A stretch of 64,000 bases of DNA from Octopus sinensis (GCF_006345805.1 NC_042997.1:191704001-191768000); one strand, 5' to 3'. Counted from the first letter of the stretch, positions 1 to 13,345 are shown. Numbers and translations: made by a program. The notes: a model not told the origin generated them from the sequence alone.

Positions 1-99
1 ATAGGCATAGGTTTTATGGTTAAGACATTCACTTTGCAACTGCATGGTTTGTAGTTTAGACCCACCGTGCAACATCATGAACGAATATCTTCTACTATA

Positions 100-510
100 G
101 GTGCAGGAGTGGCTGTGCAGTAAGTAGCTTGCTCACCAACCACATGGTTCCGGGTTCAGTCCCACTGTGTGGCACCTTGGGCAAGTGTCTTCTACTATAG
201 CCTCAGGCCGACCAAAGCCTTGTGAGTGGATTTGATAGATGGAAACTGAAAGAAGCCCATCGTATATATGTATATATATATATATGTGTGTGTTTGTGTG
301 TCTGTGTGTGCCTCCCTAGCATTGCTTGACAACCGATGCTGGTGTTTTTATGTCCCATTACTTAGCGGTTCGGCAAAACAGACCGATAGAATAAGTACTG
401 GGCTTACAAAAGAATAAGTCCCGGGGTCGAGTTGCTCAATTAAAAGCGGTGCTCCAACATGGCCACAGTCAAATGACTGAAACAAGTAAAAGAGTAAAAG
501 AGAAAAGAGT
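100..510 (+). mobile_element. tRNA-derived SINE, family A (full length), nested in an older copy
   Basis: Pol III A box TGGCTGTGCAG and B box GGTTCAGTCC, CCTTGGGCAAG core, internal (TA)/(TG) tract, AAAAGAGT tail; near-identical to 2630-3038, 34173-34567 and 62210-62641. Confidence 0.9.
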
Positions 511-744
511 ATAGTTCGAGTCTAAGAAATGCCTTGAGCAAATTGGTTAATAGATAGACAGAAGCCATGAGGAATCTTGTGTGTGTGTGTGCATGTGCGT
601 GCATGTGTGTGTGCCTTTGTGTTTATGTTTTTTCCTCCAACAACACATAGCAGTGTTTGTTGCTTTACATCTCCTAACTTAGTGGTTCAGCAAAAGAGAC
701 TGATGGAATAAGTATCAGACTTTAAAAGAAAAAAAATTATATAT

Positions 745-1352
745 ACCCAGGCTTATTCCCCATTTTTTAAGGAGAGGATAGTCACAACAAGACACACACA
801 AGGTATTCCATTCATTCTCCAACTCAAAGAGATAAGTCCTGTTCTATACTCGGTCAAGGCATAGAATGCAACCCCCAATATCAGCAGTGGGGCCCGACAG
901 CATATGCTGGTCTACCCCCACCACATCATGCTGGTTTCGTACCCCTTTGAGCAACATCAAATTCATTTATCTGTCCACAAACTCTCTCCAAGCTTTCCTA
1001 TCATTTACGACCTCTCTTGTCTCTCTCACTCCAACACTTCTAACCACCGAAGCGTTCCTCACTCCATCCATCCAGACAAACCGAGGTCCACCCCTGGTTC
1101 TGCTGCCTACCACTTCTGCCTTCATCACCCTCCTTACTATCCTCTCCATGTGGCCAAACCACCACATTTTGTTTGTTAGTTTTTCTCTCATTCCTGTTTG
1201 CCTTCGCACCTCCTCATTCCTCATCCTGTTCATCCATGTCACACCAACCATAGCCCTCAAACATCTCATCTCAAACACATCTCGTCGCCTTCTGTCTGCT
1301 TCTCTCAGCCCCCATGTCTCTGCACCATATAACATTGTCAGCACAATTACAC
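745..1352 (-). mobile_element. 5'-truncated RTE-clade LINE (ORF C-terminus plus 3' UTR)
   Basis: ORF 967-1344 carries RTE C-terminal motifs LYGAETW, FEMRCLR, RNEEVR, WFGHMER, RGGPRFVW. Confidence 0.85.
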
Positions 1353-1504
1353 CCCATACACCACCTCATACACATACAAGAAAAAAATAAGTACCAGGTT
1401 CAATTCATCCGACAAAACCCTTCAAAGCACTGCCCAAGCATGGCAGAAGTCTAATGACTGAAACAGCTGAAAGAAAGAAGATATTCAAATTGACTTTTCA
1501 GTTT

Positions 1505-1810
1505 ATGTTGTTTGTTCCTTCTCGAGCCATCCCTGGCTCATAGAGCCAGTTTCCCAGTTTCCTTGGCGTATAGGTTCCCTGCCTGGACAGGACGCCGGTC
1601 CATTGCAGGTGAGCTGCAAGATGCAGGAGGAAAAAATGAGAAAAAGTTGTGGCGAAAGAGTCAGCAGAAGTTTGCCATTACCTTCTGCCGGAGCCGCGTG
1701 GAGCTTAGGTGCTTTGCTCATAAACACACACATCGCCCGAACTGAGATTCGAACCCGCGATCCCTCAATCACGAGTCCGCTGCTGTAACCACTAGGCCAT
1801 GTGCTTTCAC
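1505..1810 (-). mobile_element. tRNA-derived SINE, family B
   Basis: Reverse strand TGGCCTAGTGG (A box) and GGTTCGAATC (B box); body shared with 11875-12152 and 31300-31603. Confidence 0.85.
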
Positions 1811-1969
1811 ACTCAGTTTATCTTGAAGTGAGATGGACCTAGACTTGCAGTAGTAATATATTCATTTCAGTGTCAGATTTTCAATACAAACCACAATTGT
1901 TTTGTTTTGAAAGTTACCTAGTTTTTCTCTCAGTTCATTTGTGCTTTGTCGTTTATGTACAATAACATA

Positions 1970-2136
1970 GGTGCAGGTGTGGCTCTGTGGTAAGAAGCTT
2001 GCTTCCCAGCCACATGGTTCAGGGTTCGGCCCCACTGCATGGCACCTTGGACTAGTGTCTTTCACTATAGCGTCGGGCCGACCAAAGCCTTGTGAGTGGA
2101 TTTGGTAGATGGAAACTGAACGAAGCCCATCGTGTA
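1970..2136 (+). mobile_element. SINE family A, 5' half
   Basis: Same head and CCAAAGCCTTGTGAGTGGATTTGGTAGA body as 100-510. Confidence 0.85.
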
Positions 2137-2629
2137 TATAAAAGAGTATGATACCTTGTCAGAGGCCTTCCCCAGATCAAGGTATAAAAGCTTACTATTT
2201 ACCAAGAATTTTTCCAGCAGTTGTCTTAAGCAAATGGCATCCGTAATAATCCATCCTATAATTTATGTAAACTAATTTTCTCCCTAATTAGTTGTACTAT
2301 GAACCTTTCTACTACTTTCATAGCTTATGGCTAACTTGGTTGACAGGATCTCTATCATGGTTATTTTTTCACTATCATCAGTTTACAGACTATGGTACTC
2401 AGTCAAAGCTCTTTTCTTGGTTGGTGAATGCTCAGTAGTGTGACTAGCTCTCATAACTTATAGTTACCTCATTAAGAAGAAGACATTGGCAGCACCTTAT
2501 CCTGACACAAACCTAAGCTGTATCTCATGAAAGTTAATTGTCTTCTTAATTAGATTCATGCAATAAATATTTGTTACTCTCATAATTTTGTACCAATTAT
2601 TGTACTAATATAATTTTGTATCAACTATA

Positions 2630-3038
2630 GGCGCAGGAGTGGCTGTGTGGTAAGTAGCTTGCTAACCAACTACATGGTTCCGGGTTGAGTCCCACTGCGT
2701 GGCACCTTGGGCAAGTGTCTTCTGCTATAGCCCCGGACCGACCAATGCCTTGTGAGTGGATTTGGTAGACGGAAACTGAAAGAAGCCTGTCATATATATG
2801 TATATATATATAAGTGTGTGTGTATATGTTTGTGTGTCTGTGTTTGTCCCCCTAGCATTGCTTGAAAACAATGCTGGTGTGTTTATGTCCCCGTCACTTA
2901 GCGGTTCGGCAAAAGAGACCGATAGAATAAGTACTGGGCTTACAAAGAATAAGTCCCGGGGTCGATTTGCTCGACTAAAGGCGGTGCTCCAGCATGGCCG
3001 CAGTCAAATGACTGAAACAAGTAAAAGAGTAAAAGAGT
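2630..3038 (+). mobile_element. SINE family A, full length
   Basis: GGCGCAGGAGTGGCTGTGTGG head through AGTAAAAGAGT tail. Confidence 0.9.
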
Positions 3039-3565
3039 ATAACAAGAGCAAATAACTGATGCCACAGTAATTTCTTTGTAAAACAACACTTTTCTCTTGT
3101 AATAGTTGATATGTGAATGATGGGCATACATCCTACTTCACTTCTATTTTCAACTTTCATTGGTTATTCCTCCTTGTCTGGCATGTTTTCCTATCTTCAT
3201 ACCCTTAATGGCCATTTTGAATGTATAGCAGTCAAATTCAATGACTGGTTCCTCTGTTAGGTCTGCTTGGAATAATCCCTTTCTCTCTTCATTTAACAAC
3301 CCCTGAGACATCCAAGCAGCCTTCTTTGTGGCTTCAGTGAAGCTAAGTGTACATCCTTTTCCCCTACAATGTTATGAGTTACAGACTCATTTGCAATCCA
3401 GGACATGTCACACCTTTTGGTCCTCCTGAACACTGGCAAACCTATTACTTTTGGTATATCACTGGGCTAACTATCTTTGATGCCTAGCTTCTTTCCTATG
3501 AACTGGATATCATTTCCTGCTCTCAACTTTCTTATAATCTCCAACTACTGAATATTCATCCATCA

Positions 3566-3937
3566 CTAGCACTATGACCTGGCAACACCGGGTCATAGTA
3601 CTAGTGCATGCATATACAGCTGCGTGCGTGTGCACATACACGCGAGTACTGTCCAAATCTCCGACCAATCACATACAGCTAGCTGGCATTCAATTGGCGT
3701 ATCAAGTTTTGGGCATTTTGATTGGGCTTTGGATAGAATATTCACAAAAACGTCACTTCTATTGATTTTTTAATGGCTTTGTAGGGTGACTGGGGAAATG
3801 CAAAGATGTGCATGACCACCCTTGGACAGTTTTGAATGACCATAGAAAGTGGGAGCCCTCTAACTGAAAAATTGTGGATTTGTATAAAGGATACACACAC
3901 ACACACACAGACAGTTTGCCGTTTATATATAGAGAGA
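3566..3937 (-). mobile_element. Non-autonomous Helitron
   Basis: Minus strand starts TCTCTCTATATATAAAC and ends in a hairpin plus CTAG; inserted between A and T, no TSD; termini match 45247-47963. Confidence 0.8.
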
Positions 3938-5254
3938 TTATGCTGCATTCTCTAAGCTGGAACCTAGCTGTATCTACAAATATAATCTCTGGCCTGCAGC
4001 AAGTTGTCTTGTAGAAACCTCCAGTTGTCCCCTTTGCCATAGGCTTCTATTTCCTCCTCTTTTTCACCATATACAACACTTAGAAGCTCTTTGAATTTGT
4101 GTTTAGCAAACAGATCTTTCAATTCTTATATCTTCCTACTCCAGACTGTTTTGTATCTCTGTGCCTATTTAGTACCTACAATGAAGTGACTAATAACTGG
4201 TTTACACTGAGTGGTACATTCTTTCTTAGGAAATGACTTAGTATTCACAACCATTTGTCTAGTTTCCTCATATGTCTATTTGATTTATGTATTCACCTGA
4301 TTGGTTGGTCATCAGGTGACTGACCAATTTCCTCAAGTTAATCCTGCAAATAGCTTGATCAGTCATGTCAGAATTCTAAAAACTTTGATCCCTTCTCCAT
4401 GTACACCAGAATAGCTATCCTGGTGTTGCTTCGCAGGTCCATTAAAGCCACCAATTGTTACTGTATTGAGGTGGTTTGCAACCGGGCCTTTTAGTTCACA
4501 TGTCTTAACTGAGGAATATATGCAGGGATCTTTAAAGTTCATGTTGTCTATAACTGGTCTAAGCTTATCTTATATTATTTCAATTATCTGGTCTAGTTAT
4601 CTTGTCATATTATTTCAATTATTTTATCTACCCATTTCTTTGTCATACTTCCTACTGCATCTACTCAGAAGAATTGGTACTGGTATTTCTTTGCGATGTA
4701 TTTGGCTGAAGCATCCCTCCATCTCATCTCTTGCACACAGCACACACCCACTCAACTCTGCTCCACCTTCGCTCCAGACCTTTTTTCATTGTACTATTGT
4801 TGATGATGGAAGCCCTCATGTTTTGTACCGGACACGAAGGGGTTAATTTCCATTGGCAGGCGGATTGTTGCCTGATGTCAGCTTTTTGTATCTACTACAA
4901 GGAAGTAGATTTGTATGACTGCTTGATGATAATTGAAGAGTCTTTAAGCAAGCCAGATGTTTCCACTTGAGTACCAAATGAGCACACACACACAATGTAT
5001 ATGTGTGAGAGGGAAGGAGGCTTGTGTACATTAGTATACTTATCAGTTACAAAAATTGTCAGAGAATATATTAACTGCAACACAGCCCTAATGGTAATCA
5101 CCTTATATAATTTACAAATCTAGCTTGTCATTCCATTTAAATGAGATTGCTAACTTAAACTGATTGTTATTCCCAATTGTTGATGACTGATACTGAAGCA
5201 GTAGAGATGAAGGATGTACTATAAGCTGATAAACTAAATCTACCATTAAGATCC

Positions 5255-7190
5255 TTAACCCTTTAGGACTTAACATAGTATAGGACTTGTTTGTCTTTTA
5301 TCATTTGCAGGCAAATACTCCAAGAAAGGACTGAACACCAAGTCTATCTGGATGATCCAGAGTCATTCTTCCACTGAATGCATGTGTTGGTCTTCCATGT
5401 TTCCTGAGCAAATGATAAATGACATCATAAGATAACTCCCGTGAAGATGGCTTATTCCCAGTTTTTACAAGAGATTGTAGCTATTCAAAAGCATCATATC
5501 AAGTAAATAGAAAAACAGTTTCTTGTACCATTTCATACACTTTCAAAGGCAATCAATTTGTCCAATTTGCATGTCACTTTTATCAACAATCCTTGTATTT
5601 ATGGTGCAATTATTGAGTATATCAGATTTATAAACATATTGCTTAGTTCTGAGATCCATTTTCCTTGAAATTTCCACAAAGCACTTGTGAACATTGGTAA
5701 GCAAAGTCACCTTTAAGGCCAGGTATAAATAGCAAGATTTTCGGTGCAGGACACAAAAAAAAAAATAAATAAATAAAACGATGGTAATTAAATAACTTAT
5801 AATGCAAATGAAGCTTATATACCACACCTGTCCTCTGCAGAAGAAAACATGGCATGTCAATAAGCCACACCTAACCATAAAGGGTTGACATGTTGTTTGA
5901 ATGGCTACTTATTCAACTTGACCTTTCTTCAATCTTTCAAATTTAGTCATGTGCTTTCTATTTATTCACAGTTCCACATGACTCAGTCTTCTTGCCAGAT
6001 CATTATTAGTATTAGTTCATCCATCATTGTTGATAAGGATTAAAAACATCATAACAGAGAAGATGGGGCAGTGTGTGTCCAACCAGTTTGATACATACTT
6101 GGAAGGTTCTGCCACAGGTCAGGCATCAGTGTTCTGTTGGGACTGAAGACAAGGAGTTGGCTCTGGACTTGCATAGTATGCGTTTTCTTTGTGCCCCTGC
6201 AACCGTGTTCTGTTTCTAAGAGGTGGCAAATAAGTAACCACAAAGATTTGTCTGTGTATATGTGCCCTTGATTGCAATACCGGGTCATCAATGCATCGAC
6301 TAATGCACTGGAAAGTCCCAAATGTGAATTGTTTGAGACATCTGCTTCACTTGCTGAATAAATTAGGATATGTAGCACAAGCCAGATTCATAATCACATA
6401 AAACAAAAATCTTTATTCCTCAATCAAAAAAACACCCCCAAACAAGCGATGGTGCTTGCTTGAACACAACTCTTCCTTTGAATAGAATGAATGACTCTCA
6501 ATTACTAGTTTTCAGAATGGTTTATAAAATCTAACTTCATTCTTCATCATTTCTAAAATGTGACATTATCATCATCATCTAACGTCCACTTTCCATGCTA
6601 GCATGGGTTGGACGATTTGACTGAGGTCTGGCAAACCAGACTCCAATCTGATCTGGCAGAGTTTCTACAGCTGGATGCTCTTCCTAACACCAATCACTCC
6701 GAGAGTGTAGTGGGTGCTTTTATATGCCACCGGCACTTGGGCCAGTTTGGTGGTACTGGCAACGGCCACACCAAAATGGTGCTTTTTACATGCCACCTGC
6801 ACAGGAACCAGTCCAGCGGCACTGGCAACGACCTCGCTCAAATGTTCCACATGCCACCAACACAAGTGCTAGTAAGGCGATGCGGTAACAATCACGCTCG
6901 AATGGTGTGCTTAAACGAGCCCACTTGTTGCTCTGGCAACAATCTCACTGTCACTCAAATAATGTTCAGTATCACATGGATTTTGAAAATACCCTAGGGA
7001 AGTCTCAATAGTGGTTGTAAGACATACATTTAAGAAAAATTGGAGTATTTATCAAAACATCATTTTATCAATAATCTGCTAAAATGTGTTTCTTCAAGTG
7101 TGTTGTAAGCATAGTCAAAGAAAATCTGTGAGGTTCTATTTTGATCATTACTCTAAAGAGCCATAAAATATTCACTTTCCTTTGCTTCTG
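5255..7190 (-). pseudogene. Decayed piggyBac (PGBD-type DDD) transposase gene with its TTAA-CCCTTT terminus
   Basis: Minus-strand fragments in correct order: TMLTTHLKKHILADY..TPIF, SFILFKGRVVFKQ, GIKIFVLCDYESG, ILIYS..LGLSSALVDALMTRY..GHIYTD, INRKHMTKFERLKKGQVE, VDKSDMQI, KWYKKLFFYLLDMMLLNSYN; TTAA|CCCTTT at 5255; stops, frameshifts and insertions throughout. Confidence 0.85.
6567..6950 (-). mobile_element. RTE 3'-UTR fragment with about 4 repeat modules
   Basis: CATCAT tail, CCATGCTAGCATGGGTTGGAC, GTGCTTTTTA modules; matches 45531-45850. Confidence 0.85.
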
Positions 7191-9165
7191 GTGTAAACAT
7201 CACCATCATTTAACATATATCTTCCATGCTGGAATGGATTGGATGGTTTGACAGAATCCAATTTATCCAAGAATTGCATGTGCTCCAATGTCTGTCTTGA
7301 CAGGGTTTCTATGGATGCCTTTCCTAGTGCCAACCACTTTACAGTATGGTGGTGAAGTTAGCTTCATGTTAATGGACGAAGGGATTGACTTTGTCTTCCA
7401 TTTACAACTTGATTTGTCTCACTTAGGCGCATTTGTAGATGCTTGAGTGTTAATTGATGACCTATCCATTGTTCTCTAGTGAGACACCGAATGGTGATGC
7501 CTGCTGTTTGAAGGTTACATCTAGGTCAGTTAAAATTAAGGCGAATCAAAATTACTTTTTTTCAAGAAATTTTAAAATTTAAACATCTGATTAAATTCAT
7601 AGAAGAAACTTTTATCACAGGTTCAACATTTAAAAAAATAAAACAAAGACATAATTATATAAAAATATATTTATTTCCATAATTTATGTATTCGTGAAAA
7701 TGCGTGTTGGTATGAATATGAGTGTTTGCATGTATGTATGTTTGCATCTGTATGAAGAAAAATATATGTGATGGTATATAAATATTTCTGATATTAAAAA
7801 AAAAAACTTATGAAATTAAATAAATAGTAAAAAAAATAAATATATTTAAAAAAAATTGTCAAAATTAACCAATAAATATTAGAAAAATAGCTGGATGGAA
7901 TTTTTATTTATATTTTGATTGAACTTGATTGATGTATGTGAAGTCTTCCAATCTTACTACACATGCAAAGCAAGAAAGAAAAAAAAAACAGCTGCAAGAT
8001 AGAATTCAAAAACATCATTCACATCATGGCTTCAGATGCTGGTAATGTAAAAGGCAAAAACCACCAAAAGATTTAGATTTATCACAGTTTGGTTGCATTG
8101 GTAATTGGGTATCAATTCAGTTAGTGCAAAAGTAGTTACACCTATTATCCAAAAACAAGCTAAATAATTGACTATGAAAATTTATCTGATGCTAGAACAT
8201 ATATAACAGAGAACATCTAATGCTATAGAAAGCAAAAATTATAGAATATATCACTCACTATACGTATATCTCTAGATGAAATATACTTCAATGGAAGACT
8301 GCAGAAAAACTGAAATAAAATTATTTTCGACAGAAAGGAAGCTAAAAATATTTAAAGATATCTGGTGTTTCTCAAGGGAGAGAAGTGTAAACATTTAAAG
8401 GCTGTCTTGGAACAGGCTGGAACCAACAAGGTTAAGAATGGAGGGAACAGCTATGCAGATATGTAATGTGCTAGCCTGCAGAGAAGAATGGTAAAAACAA
8501 AAATAGCTGATGAGAATGTACATAATTTAAAAGAATCTAAATATGAAATTGATTTTAAGTTGAAGGTAAATCACTTCAGTTATAATTTAACCAAAATGAA
8601 AGGGTTGACATAAATTCTAAACAGGACCAAATGTAGTCACCAGTACTGAAAAAACACAAAGCTGAAACTATTTAGAAAAACTTTGTATAGAAAGGAATAA
8701 AACTTATTGTGAATAAGAGGTGCAGATGGGTGTTAAGGTTGCTAAACAACTGAATGTAGAACTAACAAAGATCTATAACTATTAATGACCCATTTACAAA
8801 TAGATACCTTTGGGTTGTTGGTGTGTTTCATGTTTGTAGGATCAGCCTTGTGAGGAATAGATTCCAAAAGACTGACTTATTCTGGGTCAGACAGAATTTG
8901 TTGAGGTAGATTTTCTGTGGCCAGAGGATCTTCCTGTTGCCAATCTTCACTTGTTCAAAGCAAGGTAATATTTCCCCATGGTTGAGCCATGTTTTTCTTG
9001 GAATGCTGGAAACAAACAGCCCTGCTTGTATGATGGTGATCCTCCATTACAACCATCACATGATGCCTAGTCAAGGACACACACACACACACATACATAA
9101 TAAGAGTCACTCAAGCCTGAGAAAGATGCTTCTGTAACTTTTTGCTGAACAAACTACACAGATTA

Positions 9166-9370
9166 TTTTTACTCTTACTCTTTTACTTGTTTCAGTCATT
9201 TGACTGTGGCCATGCTGGAGCACCGCCTTTAGTCGAGCAATTCGACCCCGGGACTTATTCTTTGTAAGCCCAGTACTTATTCTATCGGTCTCTTTTGCTG
9301 AACTGCTAAGTGACAGGGACGTAAACACACCAGCATCGGTTGTCAAGCAATGCTAGGGGGTCAAACACTA

Positions 9371-9401
<31 letters not shown>

Positions 9402-9413
9402 CGACGGGCTTCT
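9166..9413 (-). mobile_element. SINE family A, 3' half
   Basis: Reverse complement of 2790-3038. Confidence 0.85.
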
Positions 9414-10093
9414 ATTTGTTTATAATGATCAAATATTTGTGCTGCAAATAAACTCATTCTGTCCATCAAATCAACATTATCTCTACATATAAAACAGGGA
9501 TATAAATATACACATTTGATAGCTAGTTTCACCTTCTGTCTACTACATCCACTTACAAAACTTAGGTTGGCCTGAGTATAAGATACTTGCTAAACCTCAT
9601 ATATATGACACATACACATTTAGACATACAGAGGAAAGACAAAATACTCAAATAGTTTGAAGTTAATGATTCTCTCCAAGACAACTCTCATTGTGCAACC
9701 TCTTACGTGGTGCTGATGGTGGGGCCATAGACAAAATGATATATACAATGTCCATTGATATTCGAACCAGAGTATGATAAATGACTTTGAAGTCAGTTTT
9801 GAATGTTTTGATTTCTAATTATTTAAAATTACAAAATTTCATTTTCGCAATTCCAAATCTGAAGGTAACCAAACCTTTTTGTTGCATGAAGAATGGCATG
9901 AAGCAGGAAACTGTGAAGAGTGAAACATCAACCTCAAATAAATATATAAACTTTCTGATGAACACTTTTCTTGATGTTAATACCAGAAGAATTAAAGAAC
10001 TAAATGCAAACAGAAAAAAAAAAAAAATTAAGACTCAAAATATTGTTTTAAATTGTTTAGCTTTTGTCACAAAAACTTATGTATTTAAATTAT

Positions 10094-10310
10094 TCAACCC
10101 TTTCATTACCATATTTTTGCTGAAATATACTCGCTTTCTTTCAATTAAGTTTTAAAATAATTAAGAATTTAATAAAATAATTTTGTCATTAAGCTGGTGT
10201 TTGGAAAATTTTGATGGAGGATTTTTAATTCAGATCACTTTAAATAAATCAGGATGTTTGTGTCCTAGAACCAGGGGCATTTTCAGACAGGTTGGTAACA
10301 AAAGGGTTAA
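10094..10310. mobile_element. piggyBac-type MITE (family 2)
   Basis: CCCTTTCATTACC ... GGTAACAAAAGGG|TTAA; homologous to 54176-54401. Confidence 0.75.
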
Positions 10311-11234
10311 CTTTTTGTCTCTAAATCTTTTGGTTGGTTGTCTTAAACAGACCAGGTTAATGGGATTTTTCCTTTGCTAAAAGGCCCAAGGAATTCAAAC
10401 CTGGTCACTCAACTTACCATACGGTGCTAAAAGAAAATAAATAAAGTATTATAAAATAAAAACCATCAATGTAAACATATCCATCTCACCAACTCCTCTG
10501 GATTAATTCATTTCATAACGTGTCTTCGGAAAAGTTGTAGCGCTACTTTTAGAATCAATGTAAATTTGTCAATGAGGTGAACTTGCCACAGTAGATGAGA
10601 AATTCGTTGAACCCTGAGATTTTTTGCCAAACCAAATCAATTTTCTGCTGTGGTTTCAGTGGAAATTTGGAATAGTATTCAGTAATGTTTGAAGTCAAAT
10701 TGCTACCTTTATGTAAAGCAGGCTTATACAAAACAGCAAAAGGGGTAAACATAGAAAGAATGTATAAGCTCCCAGTTACACTTGGTTTTCAAACCCCTCT
10801 TTAAATGTGAATCAATATTATAAAAGTTGACTGATCTACAAGAAAATTATTTATTTCTTGTAATTGAAAAGTACAATTACAAGACACTGATTACAAGACT
10901 CTTGTTTGTAAAACTTCAGCTAACATAAAGCAAGACTACATATGTGTATTTGTGTACACCTACATATGTGTCGGTGTACACAAATACACATGTGAGCATA
11001 CACACACTTCTATCTATAAATGATATCTGAGACAGAAAAAACACAGCAGGACTTCAACCACATATCTGCTACTTGCTGTGCAGCATCAACAACAACCCTA
11101 GTAGATACAGAATAGTACTGTTAAATAACAAATGTTTAGAAAGAGAAGGACAGGTGCACAGGAAAAATAGATAAATACTCTGCTTCCCATCAATGGGAAT
11201 GTTGTCCTCGTTCAGCTAATTGGAAAATTTTTCC

Positions 11235-11462
11235 TTAACCCTTTAGTGTTTAAACCGGCCATATCTGGCCCAAATATTCTATATGTTTTATATTCAAACT
11301 GGCTAGATCTGGCCTCTCACACCTAACCTACATTGACATTCTAAAAATAAACAATCACATCATTGAAACCTCAAAGCTATAAGATAATGCATGATTAATT
11401 CAAAACAATTTGAGTGAAAAAGCATTACATTTAACAGAGTAATCTGAACACTAAAGGGTTAA
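11235..11462. mobile_element. piggyBac-type MITE (family 1)
   Basis: TTAA|CCCTTTAGTGTT ... AACACTAAAGGG|TTAA terminal inverted repeats with TTAA TSD. Confidence 0.85.
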
Positions 11463-11874
11463 ACCATTTACATGTATGTGTGTGTGTATATGCACACATC
11501 CATTTTTTTGTTTTAAAATCCATCTCAGGCCTACAGACTCACGAAGCTGGAGCTCATCTAGATTTCTGAAGTATTGAGGTCACTGACAGTGTAAGACTCC
11601 CCTCTGTGGTTTGCCCTCATTTCAGCCTAGTGGACTGGAGCACTGTAAAACAAAGTGCTTTGCTCAAAGCCATACATAATGCACCCTAACTGTGAGTCCA
11701 ATACCTTAACTGCTAAGCCAAACAGCCTCAATGCATTTTACACACACAAACATATCTGCTAATAAATGGCATTACAATCAGTAACAAATTAAATAAACTC
11801 TCTCTCTACAAATAAATATATATGTGTCAGTTTCCAGGCTGGCAAAGGTTTTATATATATATATATATATATAT

Positions 11875-12152
11875 GTGGAGGCGCAATAGCCCAATGGTTA
11901 GGGCAGTGGACTCACGGTTTCAATTCCCAGAACGGGCGTTGTAAGTGTTTATTGAAAGAAAACACCTTAAAGCTCCACGAGGCTCCGGCAGGGGGTGGTG
12001 ATCCCTGCTGTACTCTTTCACCACTCTTTCTCCTGTTGGCCTGCTAGCTTAACCAGCAGGGTGTCGTCATTCGAAGGCTAAAACAATGCGAATGCATTGT
12101 GACCAGCAATGTGTAACAACATCTGATGGTCTGGTCGGTCACGTGATCACAT
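11875..12152 (+). mobile_element. SINE family B inserted in a (TA)n tract
   Basis: GGAGGCGCAATAGCCCAATGGTTAGG head and GGTTTCAATTCC B box; flanked by (TA)n. Confidence 0.85.
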
Positions 12153-13029
12153 GATATATATATATATATATATATTCACTCATTCACTTTATATCCATGT
12201 TTTCATGCTAGCATGGCCTAGATGAATATATTATCAAGGCAATGTTTTACAACTGGATGCCCTTCTTGTCACAAACCTTACTTGTTTTGAAAGGATGACT
12301 TATTTCACAAGTCTACGAAGGTGTGAAATGAGCAGACATTGAGTGTCATAGAGTACAAATGTAAACCAACACACATATGCACATACAATGGGTTTCTTTT
12401 AGCTTCTGCCTATTAAATTCACTCACAAGGTCATGATCAGCCTGAGTATATAGTAGAAGACACCTGTCCAAAGAGTAGCAGAACTGAACCCCTCCCAAGA
12501 CCACAATGTTGTGGTTACAAATTTATACTGAAAGACTTTGGTATCTATTGTGTGTGTATGTGTGTATACACACACACACACATCATTACATTATAAAAAT
12601 AACAAATAGAGAATATTTATTTTTAATAATCACAGTAAGTGCATCATAATGCAATCATCCACATGCACACATATATGAGGAGTGGGCTTCGGTACAGCTT
12701 TTGGTCATCAATTTCTTTAGTAAAGCCTTAGTCAACCCAAGGTTATAGTAGTAGGCATCCATGTGCCATGTAGTGGGAAAAAATCTAAAATCACATGGTT
12801 GTGAATTTAACCACACAACCATGCCTACACCATGTAGCACACAGCCATGCCTGTATCTGCAACTGTGAATACATGTGAACATTATATATCCAAGAGAGAC
12901 TACAACAGGACTGAGATATCTATACACAAATAACTTAAGGAAGGAAAGGTATTCCCTTCACCAAGCGTCTAATATATTTCGTGAGCACGTCCTTATGTTT
13001 GTTTGAATTAACAATATATATAGTTAGGT

Positions 13030-13345
13030 AGGGGGCTCCAAAAGGGGTCTCAGGAAGTAGTGTCCCTGCCTTCCTGAGCTAGTTTTGCACCACATTTCTT
13101 AAAAATCATGGTAGAGGCCTTGGTCTTGAGACCATTCATGTCTAGAAACTGAGGTTGGGGGTAAGCAAGGGCATGCTTCCCATAGAAAATCCAGCTCCAA
13201 AAAAGCCTCATGATAGCAATGGAAAATGGGCACCAGCCAGCCCAAAGGTTGGGGTGGGCTGCACCTGCTTACCTCGGTTGCTATGGCATTGAGGTAGATC
13301 CGGCCACCCCTGTTAACGGGGACAAAACCCGGATTTAAAACACTG
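13030..13345 (+). mobile_element. Unclassified GC-richer interspersed element, probably a retroelement UTR
   Basis: Sharp GC increase over flanks; contains GGTTGGGGGTAAGCAAGGGCATGC..ATAGAAAA, related to the RTE-tail motif. Confidence 0.4.

Larger units (their letters stand above)
2148..4990 (-). mobile_element. Old, degenerate RTE LINE (AP endonuclease to N-terminal RT), interrupted by a SINE and a Helitron
   Basis: Broken minus-strand translation gives VCCVQEMRW (endonuclease start, ~4720), then MKVVERFIVQLIREKI, TDAICLRQLLEKFL and DLGKASDKV (RT, 2150-2320); many stops and frameshifts. Confidence 0.75.

Noticed and set aside
1735-1810. tRNA-like sequences (also 11875, 31540, 35433)
   Set aside because: SINE heads that run directly into SINE bodies; no convincing cloverleaf or terminator
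5311-5377. Apparent plus-strand terminal exon (TTTGCAG|..QILQERTEHQVYLDDPESFFH*)
   Set aside because: It lies antisense to the piggyBac transposase remnant, which explains the sequence
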